A stretch of DNA of 63,805 nt, filler included, from Octopus bimaculoides (Eukaryota): assembly GCF_001194135.2 (NCBI RefSeq). It is 4 parts of 4 records of this genome, joined end to end, with 100 filler letters (N's around TTAATTAATTAA, not from the genome) between each part and the next. Parts side by side here need not be neighbours in the genome. Positions count along the whole stretch, not along the records: positions 1 to 16,803 come from NC_069001.1; positions 16,904 to 44,941 come from NC_068993.1; 2 more parts are not named here. The stretch is one strand, 5' to 3'. Under the pieces are notes generated by a model. It did not search any database. It was not told where the DNA came from and saw nothing but the letters and a program-made list of their open reading frames with translations. Made by a program: the position numbers and the translations under genes. Shown here piece by piece: positions 11,735 through 25,000 of the stretch. Within the stretch, counting starts at the first letter, position 1. Each line of letters begins with the position of its first letter.

Positions 11735-13555
11735 CCACTACATCTTTAATAAGTTTAGCGTTCGGCTCCCAAGAACTGCACGACGCTCCCTTGTAATTAC
11801 TTGTTTAGTGAGAAGACGATCGGTGATCGTTTCAGCCTTCAACCTATTAGTGAACTTTGTCTTTGTGCAATTTACTTGGGAAAATATGCGCACCACACAT
11901 GCTGATGAATGAGGTAACACCGTCAAATTAGTCATGAATTGTGATAGCCTTTCAAATTTAGTGTGGTCAAACACGTCTTTAAGATTGCGCATGGAATACC
12001 AGAATTCAGGGATACTTTTTGAGGAAACAGGAATATCTTTATATTGCCGAAATAATCCCCACTCATCGTCTAGTTCATCAAGTGTGTTTTCTGACGCAAT
12101 TGCTGGAAAATTTGATGCCAAGGGAATTATCGACTGAAGAGAGTTAGTGAAATTGCGTGCTACTTTTGGATCAAGTATTTCTAAGAGAGTAAACACTCCC
12201 GCTTCATAGAGAGGAAAGCGTATTTTTATCTAAGAGCATAATTCTGTTAAAAATCTTTTGCAATCCGTTTTGAATCTAGCTGGGTCACCAACGATGGGGT
12301 TTTGTTCTAGATATCTCATTGCGCATCCACCGAGGTAAATATCACTCATATCTTTGTGATTTGTCGTGTTATAAAGATCAATATCTACACATTCTCTTTT
12401 ATAAAGCAACCAAGGATATTTTCATATTCACTGGATACAAGTATATAGGCGTAGGATACAAATATATAGGCGTAGGAGTGGCTGTGTGGTGAGTAGCTTG
12501 CTTACGAACCCCATGGTTCCGGGTTCAGTCCCACTGCGTGGCACCTTGAGCAAGTGTCTTCTACTATAGCCTCGGGCCGATCAAAGCCTTGTGAGTGGAT
12601 TTGGTAGACGGAAACTGAAAGAAGCCCGTCGTATATATGTATATATATATGTATGTGTGTGTATATGTTTGTGTGTCTGTGTTTGTCCCCCCAACATCGC
12701 TTGACAACCGATGCTGGTGTGTTTACGTCCCCGTAACTTAGCGGTTCGGCCAAAGACATCGATAGAATAAGTACTAGGCTTCAAAAAGAATAAGTCCTGG
12801 GGTCGATTCAGTCATATGACTGAAACAAGTAAAAGAGAGAGTAAAGAGTATATGCAACAGATGCAGTCCGAAGTGTTCCGACTGAAACTCGACATTGAGA
12901 GCATTTACTTTCCTTAATCATTGTTCCATAGATCCTTTTTGCTCCGTCCACTTTTTTTCTACTTTAGCCTCTGACTAAAAATAAAGTACAAGGGCATCCC
13001 ACTGTTCTATTATAATGTTAATTACATTTTCACACGGCAACCATCTAGTTTGCAAAAGCTTTGGAATCTTGCTTTCTTTTGTGCCAACAATACTTTGTGT
13101 CATATCGAAGTCATTTTGACGTTTGCTACTTCGAGAAAAGTAAAAAGTTACGTCCTTTAAAAAGGACTCAAGATACGAAGGCAAACCCTTCACTGCATGA
13201 CTTGAACAAAGTGCAAACGAATGGCAAACACAGCCTGTTGGAAATAGTTATAGTGTCATTTCTCAATAACTTTTGAAACCCGCCCTCGTTACCCATCATT
13301 GTTGAGCAATTATCGCTGGCAAATCCAAGTATGTTGGTCATGGATACATCTTCTTTTATAAGCGTAGGACTTGACAGCATCATACAAACCCTGAGACGAA
13401 CCACTTTCTACTACAATTGCATCCAGAAGAGCATCCTTGACATTAAGCGATTGTTTATCAAAAAAAAAAACCCCCAAAAAAACCAACTATTGCTAAGATT
13501 TGTGTCAATGAGATGTCCGTACTCTCATCTGTCAATAATGAAAACTTTTGTTTCT
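11735..13555 (-). mobile_element. hAT-superfamily transposase remnant (interrupted by a SINE)
   Basis: Minus strand reads FSLLTDESTDISL (first catalytic D), NILGFASDNCSTMMG, KLLQTRWLP..IIEQWDALVLYF and LTVLPHSSACVVRIFSQVNCTKTKFTNRL (dimerization domain). Confidence 0.88.
12469..12850 (+). mobile_element. tRNA-derived SINE family A, full length
   Basis: A-box TGGCTGTGTGG, B-box GGGTTCAGTCCC, internal (TA)/(TG) tract and GAAACAAGTAAAAGAG tail. Inserted in the hAT remnant. Confidence 0.88.
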
Positions 13556-13869
13556 TGAGAATTTCCAAGACTTCATTTTATTCATAATGTGTAATTCCGT
13601 CTTACATAATGTATATTAATTTTGTCTTTGTTTTTTCATTTGTAGATTTTTAGCTATTTCACTATAGGGAAAGGCCTTTTTACAAATTTCAGCTAAATAT
13701 ATAAATAAATAAATAGATAACTAAATAAATAAACAAACAAATAAATAACTAAAAGACTGTTGTGAGAATAATCAGCCCCTTCTCTACATCAAGCTGAAAC
13801 AATCTCAGTTATTATGAATATTTGATGCTTTAAGTCCAAGAGTGATGCACGGAAAATGGCGGTTGAACG

Positions 13870-14327
13870 CATGATCATCAGGTGGTTGGCTGGTTGGTTG
13901 GTTGGTTGGTTGGCTGGCTGGCTGGCTGGTTGGTTGGTTGGTTGTTGAGTTGGTCGGTTGGTTAGTCAACGTGAAACATGAAACATCAGAGCTGACTGTC
14001 TCAAGTGGTTTCTGACTCATGACGACGCCATTTTTGTTAAGCGGGAATCTCTAGTGTGAAAAGGATGAAAAGAAAGGAATGGCGAGAAGTGTTTATGGGC
14101 GGGTGGGTGGTGAGAATATGATGGGGGTAGACGGGAAAAGATAGAAAGTGCAAAATGCTATAGAGATTTATAAAAGGTTGGAATTATAGATAAACAGACA
14201 GATAGATAGATAGATAGAGAGAGAGATAGAAGGATAGATGAATAAATAGATAGAGAGATAGAAGGATAGATGAATAGATAGATAGAGAGATAGAAGGATA
14301 GGTGGATAGATAGATATACATCGGCAG

Positions 14328-14365
<38 letters not shown>

Positions 14366-14457
14366 TTAGATAGATAGATAAATAGATAGATAAATAGGTA
14401 GATATACATATACAGGCAGAAATAGATAGATGGATAAATAGATAGCTATCTAAATAA

Positions 14458-14514
<57 letters not shown>

Positions 14515-14620
14515 CAGATAGATAGACATAGGCAGAAATAGATAGATGGATAAATAGCTAGCTAGCTAGATAAATAAATGATTAGATAGGTAGGTAGGTA
14601 GGTAGGTAGGTAGGTAGATA
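13870..14620. repeat. Compound tetranucleotide microsatellites (TTGG/CTGG, GATA, GGTA)
   Basis: Directly visible. Representative of the many (CA)n, (TA)n, (GA)n, (GATA)n, (CATA)n, (AAT)n and (CAT)n arrays throughout the window. Confidence 0.95.
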
Positions 14621-14679
14621 ACTGAATAGACACGTTGATTCAGAGATTGAAGGATAAATTGATAGATCGCGATATATAT

Positions 14680-15048
14680 CGTGGCACTCCGCCGATTACG
14701 ACGACGAAGGTTCCAGTTGATCCGATCAACGGAACAGCCTGCTCGTGCAAGTGGCTGAGCACGCCACAGACACGTGTACCCTTAACGTAGTTCTCGGGGA
14801 GATTCAGCGCAACACTATGTGTGACAAGGCTGGCCCTTTGAATTACAGGTACAACAGAAACAGGAAGAAAGAATGAGAGAAAGTTGTGGTGAAAGAATAC
14901 AGCAGGGTTCGCCACCACCCACTGCCGGAACTTCGTGGAGCTTTATGTGTTTTCGCTCAATAAACATTCACAACGCCCAGCCTGGGAATCGAAACTGCGA
15001 TGCTACAACCGCGAGTTCGCTGCCCTAACTACTGGGTCATTGCGCTTC
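14680..15048 (-). mobile_element. tRNA-derived SINE family C
   Basis: Reverse complement of the GCGCAATGACCCAGTAGTTAGGGCAGCG..TTTCGATTCCCAG head. Homologous to 39130, 46530 and 50022. Confidence 0.85.
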
Positions 15049-15132
15049 CACTGCGATGTATATGGACAGAAAGCTATAAGGCTATATTGATAGACACTGA
15101 TTGGACCGAATGAAAATATTACAAGTTTCTGC

Positions 15133-15231
<99 letters not shown>

Positions 15232-15623
15232 CGTGCGCGCGCAGACACACACGCGTATATATGAGACTTAAGTATGGTTTTACCAACGTGGGAGACAGAA
15301 CTCAGTACATGAAGTAGAGTATCTATAGTGTTTTATTAGTGCATCCAGAGCTGCAGGGATTCAATGGCCTAGTTTCATGACAAAGCATTTATCACTTGAA
15401 GTGCATTAGCACCTTACCTCTTAAAACATTGAAGGTCATCGGTTGATATGTATATGTATGTGTGAATGTATGTATGCATGTATGCATGTATGTATGTGTG
15501 TATGTATATATGGATGAATGTCTGCAATTATGCAAGTATGTGTGCGTATCTCTGCCTGCATAATACATATATAATGAAAAATTTGTGGTGTTTATATATG
15601 TACGCATATATACATGTGTACAT

Positions 15624-15677
<54 letters not shown>

Positions 15678-15689
15678 CTAGACAGACAT

Positions 15690-15722
<33 letters not shown>

Positions 15723-15725
15723 TAA

Positions 15726-15769
<44 letters not shown>

Positions 15770-15770
15770 C

Positions 15771-15947
15771 AAGAGTGGCTGTGTGGTAACTAGCTTACTT
15801 ACCAACCGCATGGTTCCAGGTTCAGTCCCACTGCGTGACACCTTGGGCGAGTGTCTTCTTCTATAGCTTCGGGCCGACCAAAGCCTTGTGAGTGGATTTG
15901 GTAGACAGAAACTGAAAGAAGCCCGTTGTAAATATATACATACATAC
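15771..15947 (+). mobile_element. SINE family A, 5' part (runs into gap)
   Basis: Same head as 12469. Confidence 0.85.
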
Positions 15948-16209
15948 NNNNNNNNNNNNNNNNNNNNNNNNNNNNNNNNNNNNNNNNNNNNNNNNNNNNN
16001 NNNNNNNNNNNNNNNNNNNNNNNNNNNNNNNNATAAAAGAATAAAAGAATATATACATATACAGTGTTGGCCAATAGTCACCAGACAGTAAATCAAAATT
16101 CCATAAATACTCATTCAATTTAATTTATTCATTCCAATTATGACTGTCTAATAATTGAATGCTGTGAGTTAAAATCACCGCTTTTTTTGTTTTTTTTTTC
16201 AACATTTGC

Positions 16210-16803
16210 CCCTTCCACAAAAAGCGGTTAATCCGGTCTCTGTAAGCTTTGCACGCCAGTAACGACGTGTTTAGATTCCAGTAACCGAGACCCTGTCTAT
16301 GAAGCCTATCTAAGTCGACCGTACAGATCACAAATTTGTGGTCCGTGTAACCGACTAAGTGAAGCTGTGGTCAAACTATACTATCCTTATCCGCTGGCCT
16401 AAATACGATCTAGATGACCCGATGCGATGTGTCCAAGTCCACACTAGAACATTCGGGTAATCTGATCGGTACCTGTTAGACAATTAAAAGCGTGTGAGTA
16501 GGTTTCTGAGGTTTTTGCACCCCACTCTCCTATCAGATACTCCCACAAAATCGAAACGTCCGCCTGAGACAGCGTTCCAATCCCCTACTAATACTAAAGT
16601 CCGAGACGTTCCCAGGAAGACCTCCAGACGCTTGAAGTAATCAGACCGTCCTGCCCCTGTCGGAGCATAGGCAACCACCAGTCTGAAAGTACCGCTGTCA
16701 CTGCTGTTCACATCAAGGACCACCAACTTATCTTCTGGATCCAGGAAGACTGTCTTTATTTTCAAATCCAGACCTTTCCGGAAAAACACAACAGTACCAC
16801 CAC
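16210..16803 (-). mobile_element. Tx1/L1-clade LINE APE endonuclease fragment
   Basis: Reads RLVVAYAPTG, LVLVGDWNA, WTW..SRSYL, GYTDHKFV (SDH motif) and GYWNLNTSLL. Confidence 0.88.
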
Positions 16804-16903
16804 NNNNNNNNNNNNNNNNNNNNNNNNNNNNNNNNNNNNNNNNNNNNTTAATTAATTAANNNNNNNNNNNNNNNNNNNNNNNNNNNNNNNNNNNNNNNNN
16901 NNN
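16804..16903. other. Artificial 100-nt assembly linker
   Basis: N44-TTAATTAATTAA-N44. The palindrome places TAA in all six frames and is identical to the other two linkers. Confidence 0.95.
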
Positions 16904-17004
<101 letters not shown>

Positions 17005-17194
17005 ATATGTATACATATATATATGTATACGAATGTATGTACATATATGTATGTGTTTTTATATATGAATCTATGTATATATATATATATATGTATGTAT
17101 GCCTGTACGTATATACACATGCATACACGTATACACATGCATGTGTATATACATGTATATATATATGTATATATATATGGGTGCGTGTGTGTAG

Positions 17195-17238
<44 letters not shown>

Positions 17239-17900
17239 AAAGAAGGAAAATGCACAGACTTTACGTAGTTTTAATATATTTTTTAATATATTTTATAAGN
17301 NNNNNNNNNNNNNNNNNNNNNNNNNNNNNNNNNNNNNNNNNNNNNNNNNNNNNNNNNNNNNNNNNNNNNNNNNNNNNNNNNNNNNNNNNNNNNNNNNNNN
17401 NNNNNNNNNNNNNNNNNNNNNNNNNNNNNNNNNNNNNNNNNNNNNNNNNNNNNNNNNNNNNNNNNNNNNNNNNNNNNNNNNNNNNNNNNNNNNNNNNNNN
17501 NNNNNNNNNNNNNNNNNNNNNNNNNNNNNNNNNNNNNNNNNNNNNNNNNNNNNNNNNNNNNTATATATATTCTGTGGACTAAAGAGATAATCATTAATAG
17601 AATTTCTAAACGACTCTCGAGATGCCTACACGTATATATATAAATGTACTTTCGCACAATGCAGTGAGAATGAATTTTGAGTAACCGTTAACATAATTTA
17701 ATTTACTTTAAGGTATGGACGACTTAAGTTTACTTTTAACCTCCCCATTCTTACAAACACCAAGTAGATAACCAACTCACTTTGTGATCATGAGTGCACC
17801 ACACCTCATGTGTGCGTATGCTCACATTTTGCGGATGCTTGTATGCCGGTTGTACTCGCGCCATGCAGCTTGACTTAGGGCGTTTATACATCCATATTTT

Positions 17901-17919
17901 TTAACGGTCATTTCTAATA
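17901..17919 (-). CDS. Tentative last coding exon of SUSD2-like gene (P-IRNDR-stop)
   Basis: Nearest phase-2-compatible acceptor (atcgtttAG) after a 107-nt intron. It reaches TAA after 6 codons. Other acceptors nearby are possible. Confidence 0.35.
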
Positions 17920-18026
17920 CTAAACGATATTTCATAATGCGTACAAAATAAAATATCTTTCATAATGCGTACATTTAGTGTTAATAGAAATAAAGGTGGT
18001 GATATAAAATGAAATTATCTACTTAC

Positions 18027-18153
18027 GGTTTTTCTTTCTTTGAAGACCTCCTTTTGATAAAACAGGCAATTCCAATTATCAAAGCTATTAATACCACAAC
18101 GCCAACAATAACGCCTATTATTAATGCCATCTGTGCTATTTCTTGTTCTCGAT
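18027..18153 (-). CDS. SUSD2-like exon F (transmembrane helix + basic stop-transfer)
   Basis: Acceptor ttttttgtttaattttgcAG, donor GTaagt, 127 nt, phase 1-2. Encodes [34 protein letters not shown]. Confidence 0.88.
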
Positions 18154-20276
18154 CTGCAAAATTAAACAAAAAACAATAAGTATTGGATTAGGTTCAATAA
18201 GAAATTATTTTACATTGTTATTTAAAATGTTTGGAAGAACTTACATATTACCTTATTTTGTGTTAAATACATTCTCTCTTTTTATGAGTTTGGCAAATGG
18301 TGTGCTGCAATGCTCACTACACTTTTAATCATTGAAAAGTCATAGCAATAGGTGATTCAAGTATGGTTAGATTATTTTAGCTAGAAATGTTTTAGATTAT
18401 TTAGACAGAAGTTACTTCCAACGAAAATCCGAGTTAGAAGTGTAGATAAAATATATGCTTCGGAGCATGTTGAAAAACACATTGAAGACGAGGATAGAAC
18501 ATAATGGTAAGTGAAACAGAAGGACATTAGCCACTATATTATAGTTTGAACAACTCTAGATATGACAAAATTTGATTTCAAACAACGATAGTGTGCTTTG
18601 ACTAACTTCTTGGGTGGATAGTATTTTCCTGGATACGTGCAACAATATCCTGTGTTCATTTGTAGATGCAGTTTTATATACGTATCGTTATTCCATTGAA
18701 AATATATTTACTTCCATTTTGTTGAGGGTTAACAACTGTTCAGTATGAAGTATTTTCTTATCCAGATGAAAGAATCAGACATTTCAAGTCAATTGCTACT
18801 GCACGAATAAGGTATGGTGATTATACAATAACGGTTAGATTAGTGAATTATACAGCTCAATCAACTATGCCAGTAAGGATTCTAATTGGGCTATTAAACA
18901 ATTTTTCTACCGGCTGCAGACTGTTGATATTTTGTCAGATTCTTGGCTTTCACTACTTCGCGATTTCATTTTTCAACTTATTTCTTATGGTAAATTACAA
19001 TAGGTGATAAATATTTCGTTATAATTTGCAAAATGTAATTAATTGCATTAACTCTGGTTATTTTCTAACTTTAGAAAATACTAGAAAATAGGTTCAAGCA
19101 AAACAATATTATCTATTCTATTGTGTCTGGGGAGAGTCATTTTCTTATTGTGCCTTAAGATTTAGCACACTCACAGGTAAAATTTCCTCTTATTTTTTCT
19201 TTTTATTTTCCTAAAATTTTCGTTGCGTCTTGCAACATTGAAAAGGTTGCAAAACGCAACGAAAATTTTAGGAAAATAAAAATAAGAAATAACTGGAAAT
19301 TTTACCGGTGAGTGTGTTAAATTTTAAGGCACAATAAGAAAATGACTCTCCCCAAATCCAAAAGCGAAAAATTTTATCTATGACCAGATATAAAATTCTT
19401 TATCTGTTCCCAATGCATTCTCAAATGGCTCGACCAAATCAAATCAAATTTTACATGGCAATACTATGAAACCCCAGTAGTGTCAACATGTAACTTTTTT
19501 ATGGATTAAAACAATGCAACATTGGTACTGGTTCCGTGTTACGTCCCAAAAGTCGAAGACTAAAAGTGAAACCATCGACGGAGTATGTTATAAATAGTTT
19601 CACTTTTAATACTTCCACCATGTATACATACATACATACATACATACATACATACATACATACATACGTACGTACATACGTATATATATATGCTCTACTA
19701 TTTTTACTCATTTACTTGTTTCAGTCATTTGACTGTGGCCATGCTGAAGCACCGCCTTTAGTCGAGCAAATCGACCCCAGGACTTATTCTTTGTAAGCCT
19801 AGTACTTACTCTATCGGTCTCTTTTACCGAACCGCTAAGTTACGGGGACGTAAACACACCAGCATCGGTTGTCAAGCGATGTTGGGGGGACAAACACAGA
19901 CACACAAACATAGACACACACACATACATATATATATATACATATATACGACGGGCTTCTTTCAGTTTCCGTCTACCAAATCCACTCAGAAGGCTTTGGT
20001 CGGCCCGAGGCTAGAGTAGAAGACACTTGCCTAAGGTGCCACGCAGTGGGACTGAACCCGGAACAATGTGGTTCGTAAGCAAGCTACTTACCACACAGCC
20101 ACTCTNNNNNNNNNNNNNNNNNNNNNNNNNNNNNNNNNNNNNNNNNNNNNNNNNNNNNNNNNNNNNNNNNNNNNNNNNNNNNNNNNNNNNNNNNNNNNNN
20201 NNNNNNNNNNNNNNNNNNNNNNNNNNNNNNNNNNNNNNNNNNNNNNNNNNNNNNNNNNNNNNNNNNNNNNNNNNNN

Positions 20277-20310
<34 letters not shown>

Positions 20311-21929
20311 GTGGCACTCGGTCGGTTACGACGACGAGGGTTCCAGTTGATCCGATCAACGGAACAGCCTGCTCGTGAAATTAACGTGCAAGTGGCTGAG
20401 CACTCCACAGACTAGTGTACTCTTAACGTAGTTCTCAGGGAGATTCAGCGTGACACAGAGTGAGATAAGGCTGATTCTTTGAAATACAGGGACAGCAGGA
20501 AGAAAGTGTGAGAGAAAGTTGTGGAAAACTGTCATTTTCAATCCCTAGCAACGCTAGTGCTTAATACAATCAAAAGCTATTTGCTGATCTACACAAGCAC
20601 GGGAGACGAAATATTTTTTTCATGAAGGGTTTCGTACTTGACTGTAGCAGTAATTTGCTTTAATAATTTTTATTAAATCTATTTTGTCTCAGATTTATAG
20701 AAATTTATATCGTTATTATATAGTAAAACTTTCAATTATGTCTCCAATTTCGTTCCATAGTTAAAGTTATTAACGCGAGACACTCGAAGTTTTTTCATTA
20801 AGTTAAAAGTTTCGATCATATTTCTTATTGCTGTGGTTGGTAAAATAATAATACTCGAACAGACATTGTGATAGACAGAAAATACCATAAAAATCTTAGA
20901 AGGCGAGATGTCTTTGAATCGATATATCTTCACCAAATCTTCTGATAAATTTAATAAGATGTTTTCCGAGCGAATTATCAAATAATATACATCTAATAAC
21001 AGAATTTAATAATATCTAAATGTAATAATTTATATCCGTGTGAAGTGAACGATGGTGTCACAAATTTCAATGTTAAATAATTCAATCTCGCGATCTAATC
21101 GATTCAGAATCAAAGCACACAAGAGAGAGGCACAGAAATTGCAAAGCTGCTTGGATTAATACAATTTCCAAAAACAAGGAATCTTATGAATATTGAGATA
21201 TAAATATGACGAATGGCACATTGTATTGTAGAATCAACAAGATGACATATGACCTAATCACGTTAATATATCGTTTCTCCTTTCAAAAACTGTTGATATT
21301 CGCACGAATGCATTGTTTAAATATAAACATAATCAAATTATTGATTTCTGAGATTTAACGTAGTTTAGAGTATTAAACTTAATATTGTATTATTTGCAGT
21401 TAACACTTCTGGAACTGATAATTATCTGTTTATTGTGGAGAAAAAAATTGATCGAAAACAGCTAACAGACACAAATATGTGTGATTACTTGGTGTAAATT
21501 ACAATAATTGTGTTTACCAAACTGTCAAAAGATTGTTATATTCCACCATAAATGATGATGGAATATTAAATATTTAGAAACGTAGCATTAGACTCTTTAC
21601 ACTTTACATATGATATATCAACTAATCATTCTCTTCGTTATGTTGATTTTCAGCAATTTCATTTTCCCTTAGGGATCATATATTTTAATGTAACGGTAAG
21701 CAAACTATGTAAACAATTCCTGCATTATCTCTTAGCTAGTGGTATACGCATTTGTGCACATGCGTATACGTACGTCAGCTTGAGCTTATTTATCTCTGTT
21801 TTTGCAGAAGTAATAAAGTTTTTATATGCGTAGGTAGATATCGAATATGTTGATGTGTAGTGCATTTACATTTACTTTCTTATTTATTTTAGCTTTGTGA
21901 ACTTATAAACGATTATTAACGTTTCTTGC

Positions 21930-21965
<36 letters not shown>

Positions 21966-21975
21966 NNNNNNNNNN

Positions 21976-22009
<34 letters not shown>

Positions 22010-25000
22010 CTTAGACAGATACATACACACATGAAAATTATACTCAGATGATGATGATGATGATGATGATGGCGGTGGTGATACTCTTTCTTCAATCGAT
22101 TTTGGTTTACGTGTCAGTGACTGAGAAGCACGAATGCTGTGTGCATGGCTATAACATGGTTTAGTAAAGCGAGAACTGCCATTGGTGCAATAACCTTTCA
22201 ATATCGTTACCATCATAGCGACATGTACATTAATAATAAGCCATCTCTGGACTTCCTTTTCAGGATGTTTCATTAATTGCATGCATGGATTGTTCACACT
22301 CGTGCTGAAGCATCTCCCAATGCTGTGATAATCCACTTCCTATCAATATTTTGGAGTCTTTTTTCCTCAGACTTAGCAACCTGGTGAAACAGTTATCTCC
22401 ATAAGTCACAGCTTAGTGGGAATAAGTTCCAAGATTTATGCTTATCCTCATACACCTATATTTCTCTTTCAGTCAGTTATTTGAACGGATCAAAATCTTG
22501 TCCATCATACGTTACAGCATCTAATATTTCTTCATACAGGATTTGCCTGATATTTGGCATTTTTTCTTCCGTACTACGTAATTGATTTATTTTATTTGTG
22601 CTCCGAAAGAAGGTTTTTCGATATTATTAAGTTTACACTGCACGAAGAAGGTTATTCATAACATTCATACATGAGTAAAGTTCACGAAGCAAATCATATA
22701 CACAAATTATATACACAAATCAAAGATAAAATTTTCCAAGAACTGTATATGTCTCGTTTAGTGTTTAAGTATCTGCTCAATACTGTGATAGTGAAAGTAA
22801 AATTGCTCTGTAGACATAAAAGTTTATGTGACGGTGAGAGTACAGTCGCTCAGTAGACACAAACCTTGACCGTACTCAACACAACATGACTGTGCCGTAC
22901 ATGGTGTAAGTGCTACCCTGTTGACTTTACAGTCGGCATGTAAATCTCACAATTATCATTTTCTAGATATCCTACTAATTCATCTGGAAGAGTGGTATGG
23001 GAATAACTCGCATGAGAATAGTGAGATGTGAAGACGAACACTAGTATTAGTTTCTCGCATTAACATGTAACTGTATTAACATTTCTGTAAGCTCTGCGGT
23101 GTAATTTTGGCAGTGGAGACAACGGGATTAATGATTTACTAAGCAATGGCTAATGTGTGTGCTACAAATGTACTTTCATCGAAAAGCAATAACTCATTAA
23201 CCATCACTCTAGTGTTTATTGAGGATGCTCCTACAGTTCTACCGTTGATTTCAGCTTTCCTGCAACGTAATTGTAAATCGTGTTTCCAGAACTGTTACGA
23301 CATAACTGCATAACGTTCACGTGATCATAAATTTATTTAATTCAGTCGCCAGCAGGGAACAATTCGGACAAGAAAAACTCTAAAATAGGTGCGGTAATAT
23401 GTGCCTGCATCGTTTCGTTTCCTAGATATAAGCAAAGTGGATAATTGTTATAATCATGTCAGCTGAATCTAAGTCTTTTATCTGGTCCATCTGGAAAAAG
23501 CCAAAATTTATTCCTAGAAGGAGAATCAAAGATTACGTCAGATCAAACATTACTCATAGGATTTTCTTGTTTCTCTCTTTTTCAAAGAACCTTCGTAGAA
23601 AGTGAATCATATCCACAATGTCACATCCTCACCTAAAAATTGCTTCCGTTAGTACTGTTTTCGTTAAGTCATAATTTGGTCAAAGATAATACTGGCTAGA
23701 ACTGTAGTTATCGCCCTTGATCTTATGTAGATCGCAGTGAGATCACTAAACAACTAAGTGACCAGATAAATGAGGTCTTTAAACTTCCGAGAGACGATAA
23801 CAATTCTGTGACTTAGCTGGTTAAATAGTCAGCTTTATATCTGTAGTCTTCAATCCGAAGATGTACTAATGCCTTGACATTAGAGAGCTAGCTGCTTTTA
23901 CTCCTGAACTCAATTATAACTGGTTGCCAACTCTGGTTTAACTACAGCATCATAAAAATATTTAGATCATGATTTCAAAAGATTTTTGTCTATGATCTCG
24001 AAAAGGCCGGCTGTCAAAACTAGAGTGATACTTTTAGATTTCTCCTGCAACAAAGTCTTCTGCTGCCATGAGTATTAGCAGCTTTCTGAAACTCAGGAAA
24101 CATCTCTCGCTATTAGCACTTCATTCTAGAAGCATATTTGTCTGCTACTTTCAATCGATACATTTTCTCAGGAGAATCTTATTTTCGACCATATCACTGT
24201 GCGTGTAATTCACTTTCTTAGATAAATCTCATATAGACAAGTCATTTTCATCAAAAAATTCCTATTGATTTCAGGGAAATTCATTACCATGACAACCATG
24301 CAAACACCTCACATGTGGTACATTTCATTGTCTTCATCAACTTTGGAGTAACAGATTCCGTAATGATATTACTTGATAAACGTGGTCAATAATCAGGAAT
24401 CTTACAAAATACGGATGTCCAATTCCAAGAAATGTAAATGGTTGGCAAATTTCAGTTTGGCATAAGTCTATAAGCAGTCATGCGATACAGTACGTCGGAT
24501 TCGGGCCAATATTCCGCTCGCTCGTGTGCGTGTGACATCTCAACAGTCCCTGATATGAAACACTACCTAATATGATACGTTTTACTGTATGAATCGCAGA
24601 TATTTCCGGGATGTGGATGTGTGCATGCGTGTGTGTGTTTGTCCCACCACTTAGCAGTAAGTGTTAGTGTGTTTACATATCTAGCGGTTCAGCAAAATGG
24701 AACGATAGACAAAAAAAGAATTAGACAAACTTAGACAAAAAAAAAGAACTCCTGGGATCGATTCATTCGATTAAATTTGTGTATATCAATAGAAAAAAGA
24801 TGAAATCATTGCATAGAAGTCGGCAGAGGAGGGAATGTGAAAGAAATAGACCCTATTCATTTTTCTGACTCCGTGTGCACCGTGGATAGTCGGCTTCACT
24901 GTATGCTCGTAAACATCTCTAACAATATATCGAATAATATGATATTGCAGAAGAGGGCGAGTATCAATGAAACATGTTAGCCATTATGGATCTATATAAG

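Noticed and set aside
12479-12535. tRNA-like A/B boxes as tRNA genes (also at 35169 and 50022)
   Set aside because: No complete cloverleaf. They are heads of multi-copy tRNA-derived SINEs.
14200-14620. Regularly spaced repeats superficially like a CRISPR array (also 33950-34040 and 34880-34970)
   Set aside because: These are simple tandem mini/microsatellites with no unique spacers, no cas genes and a eukaryotic context.
18767-18812. Small plus-strand AG...GT candidate exon
   Set aside because: Isolated, with no partner exons or recognisable peptide.
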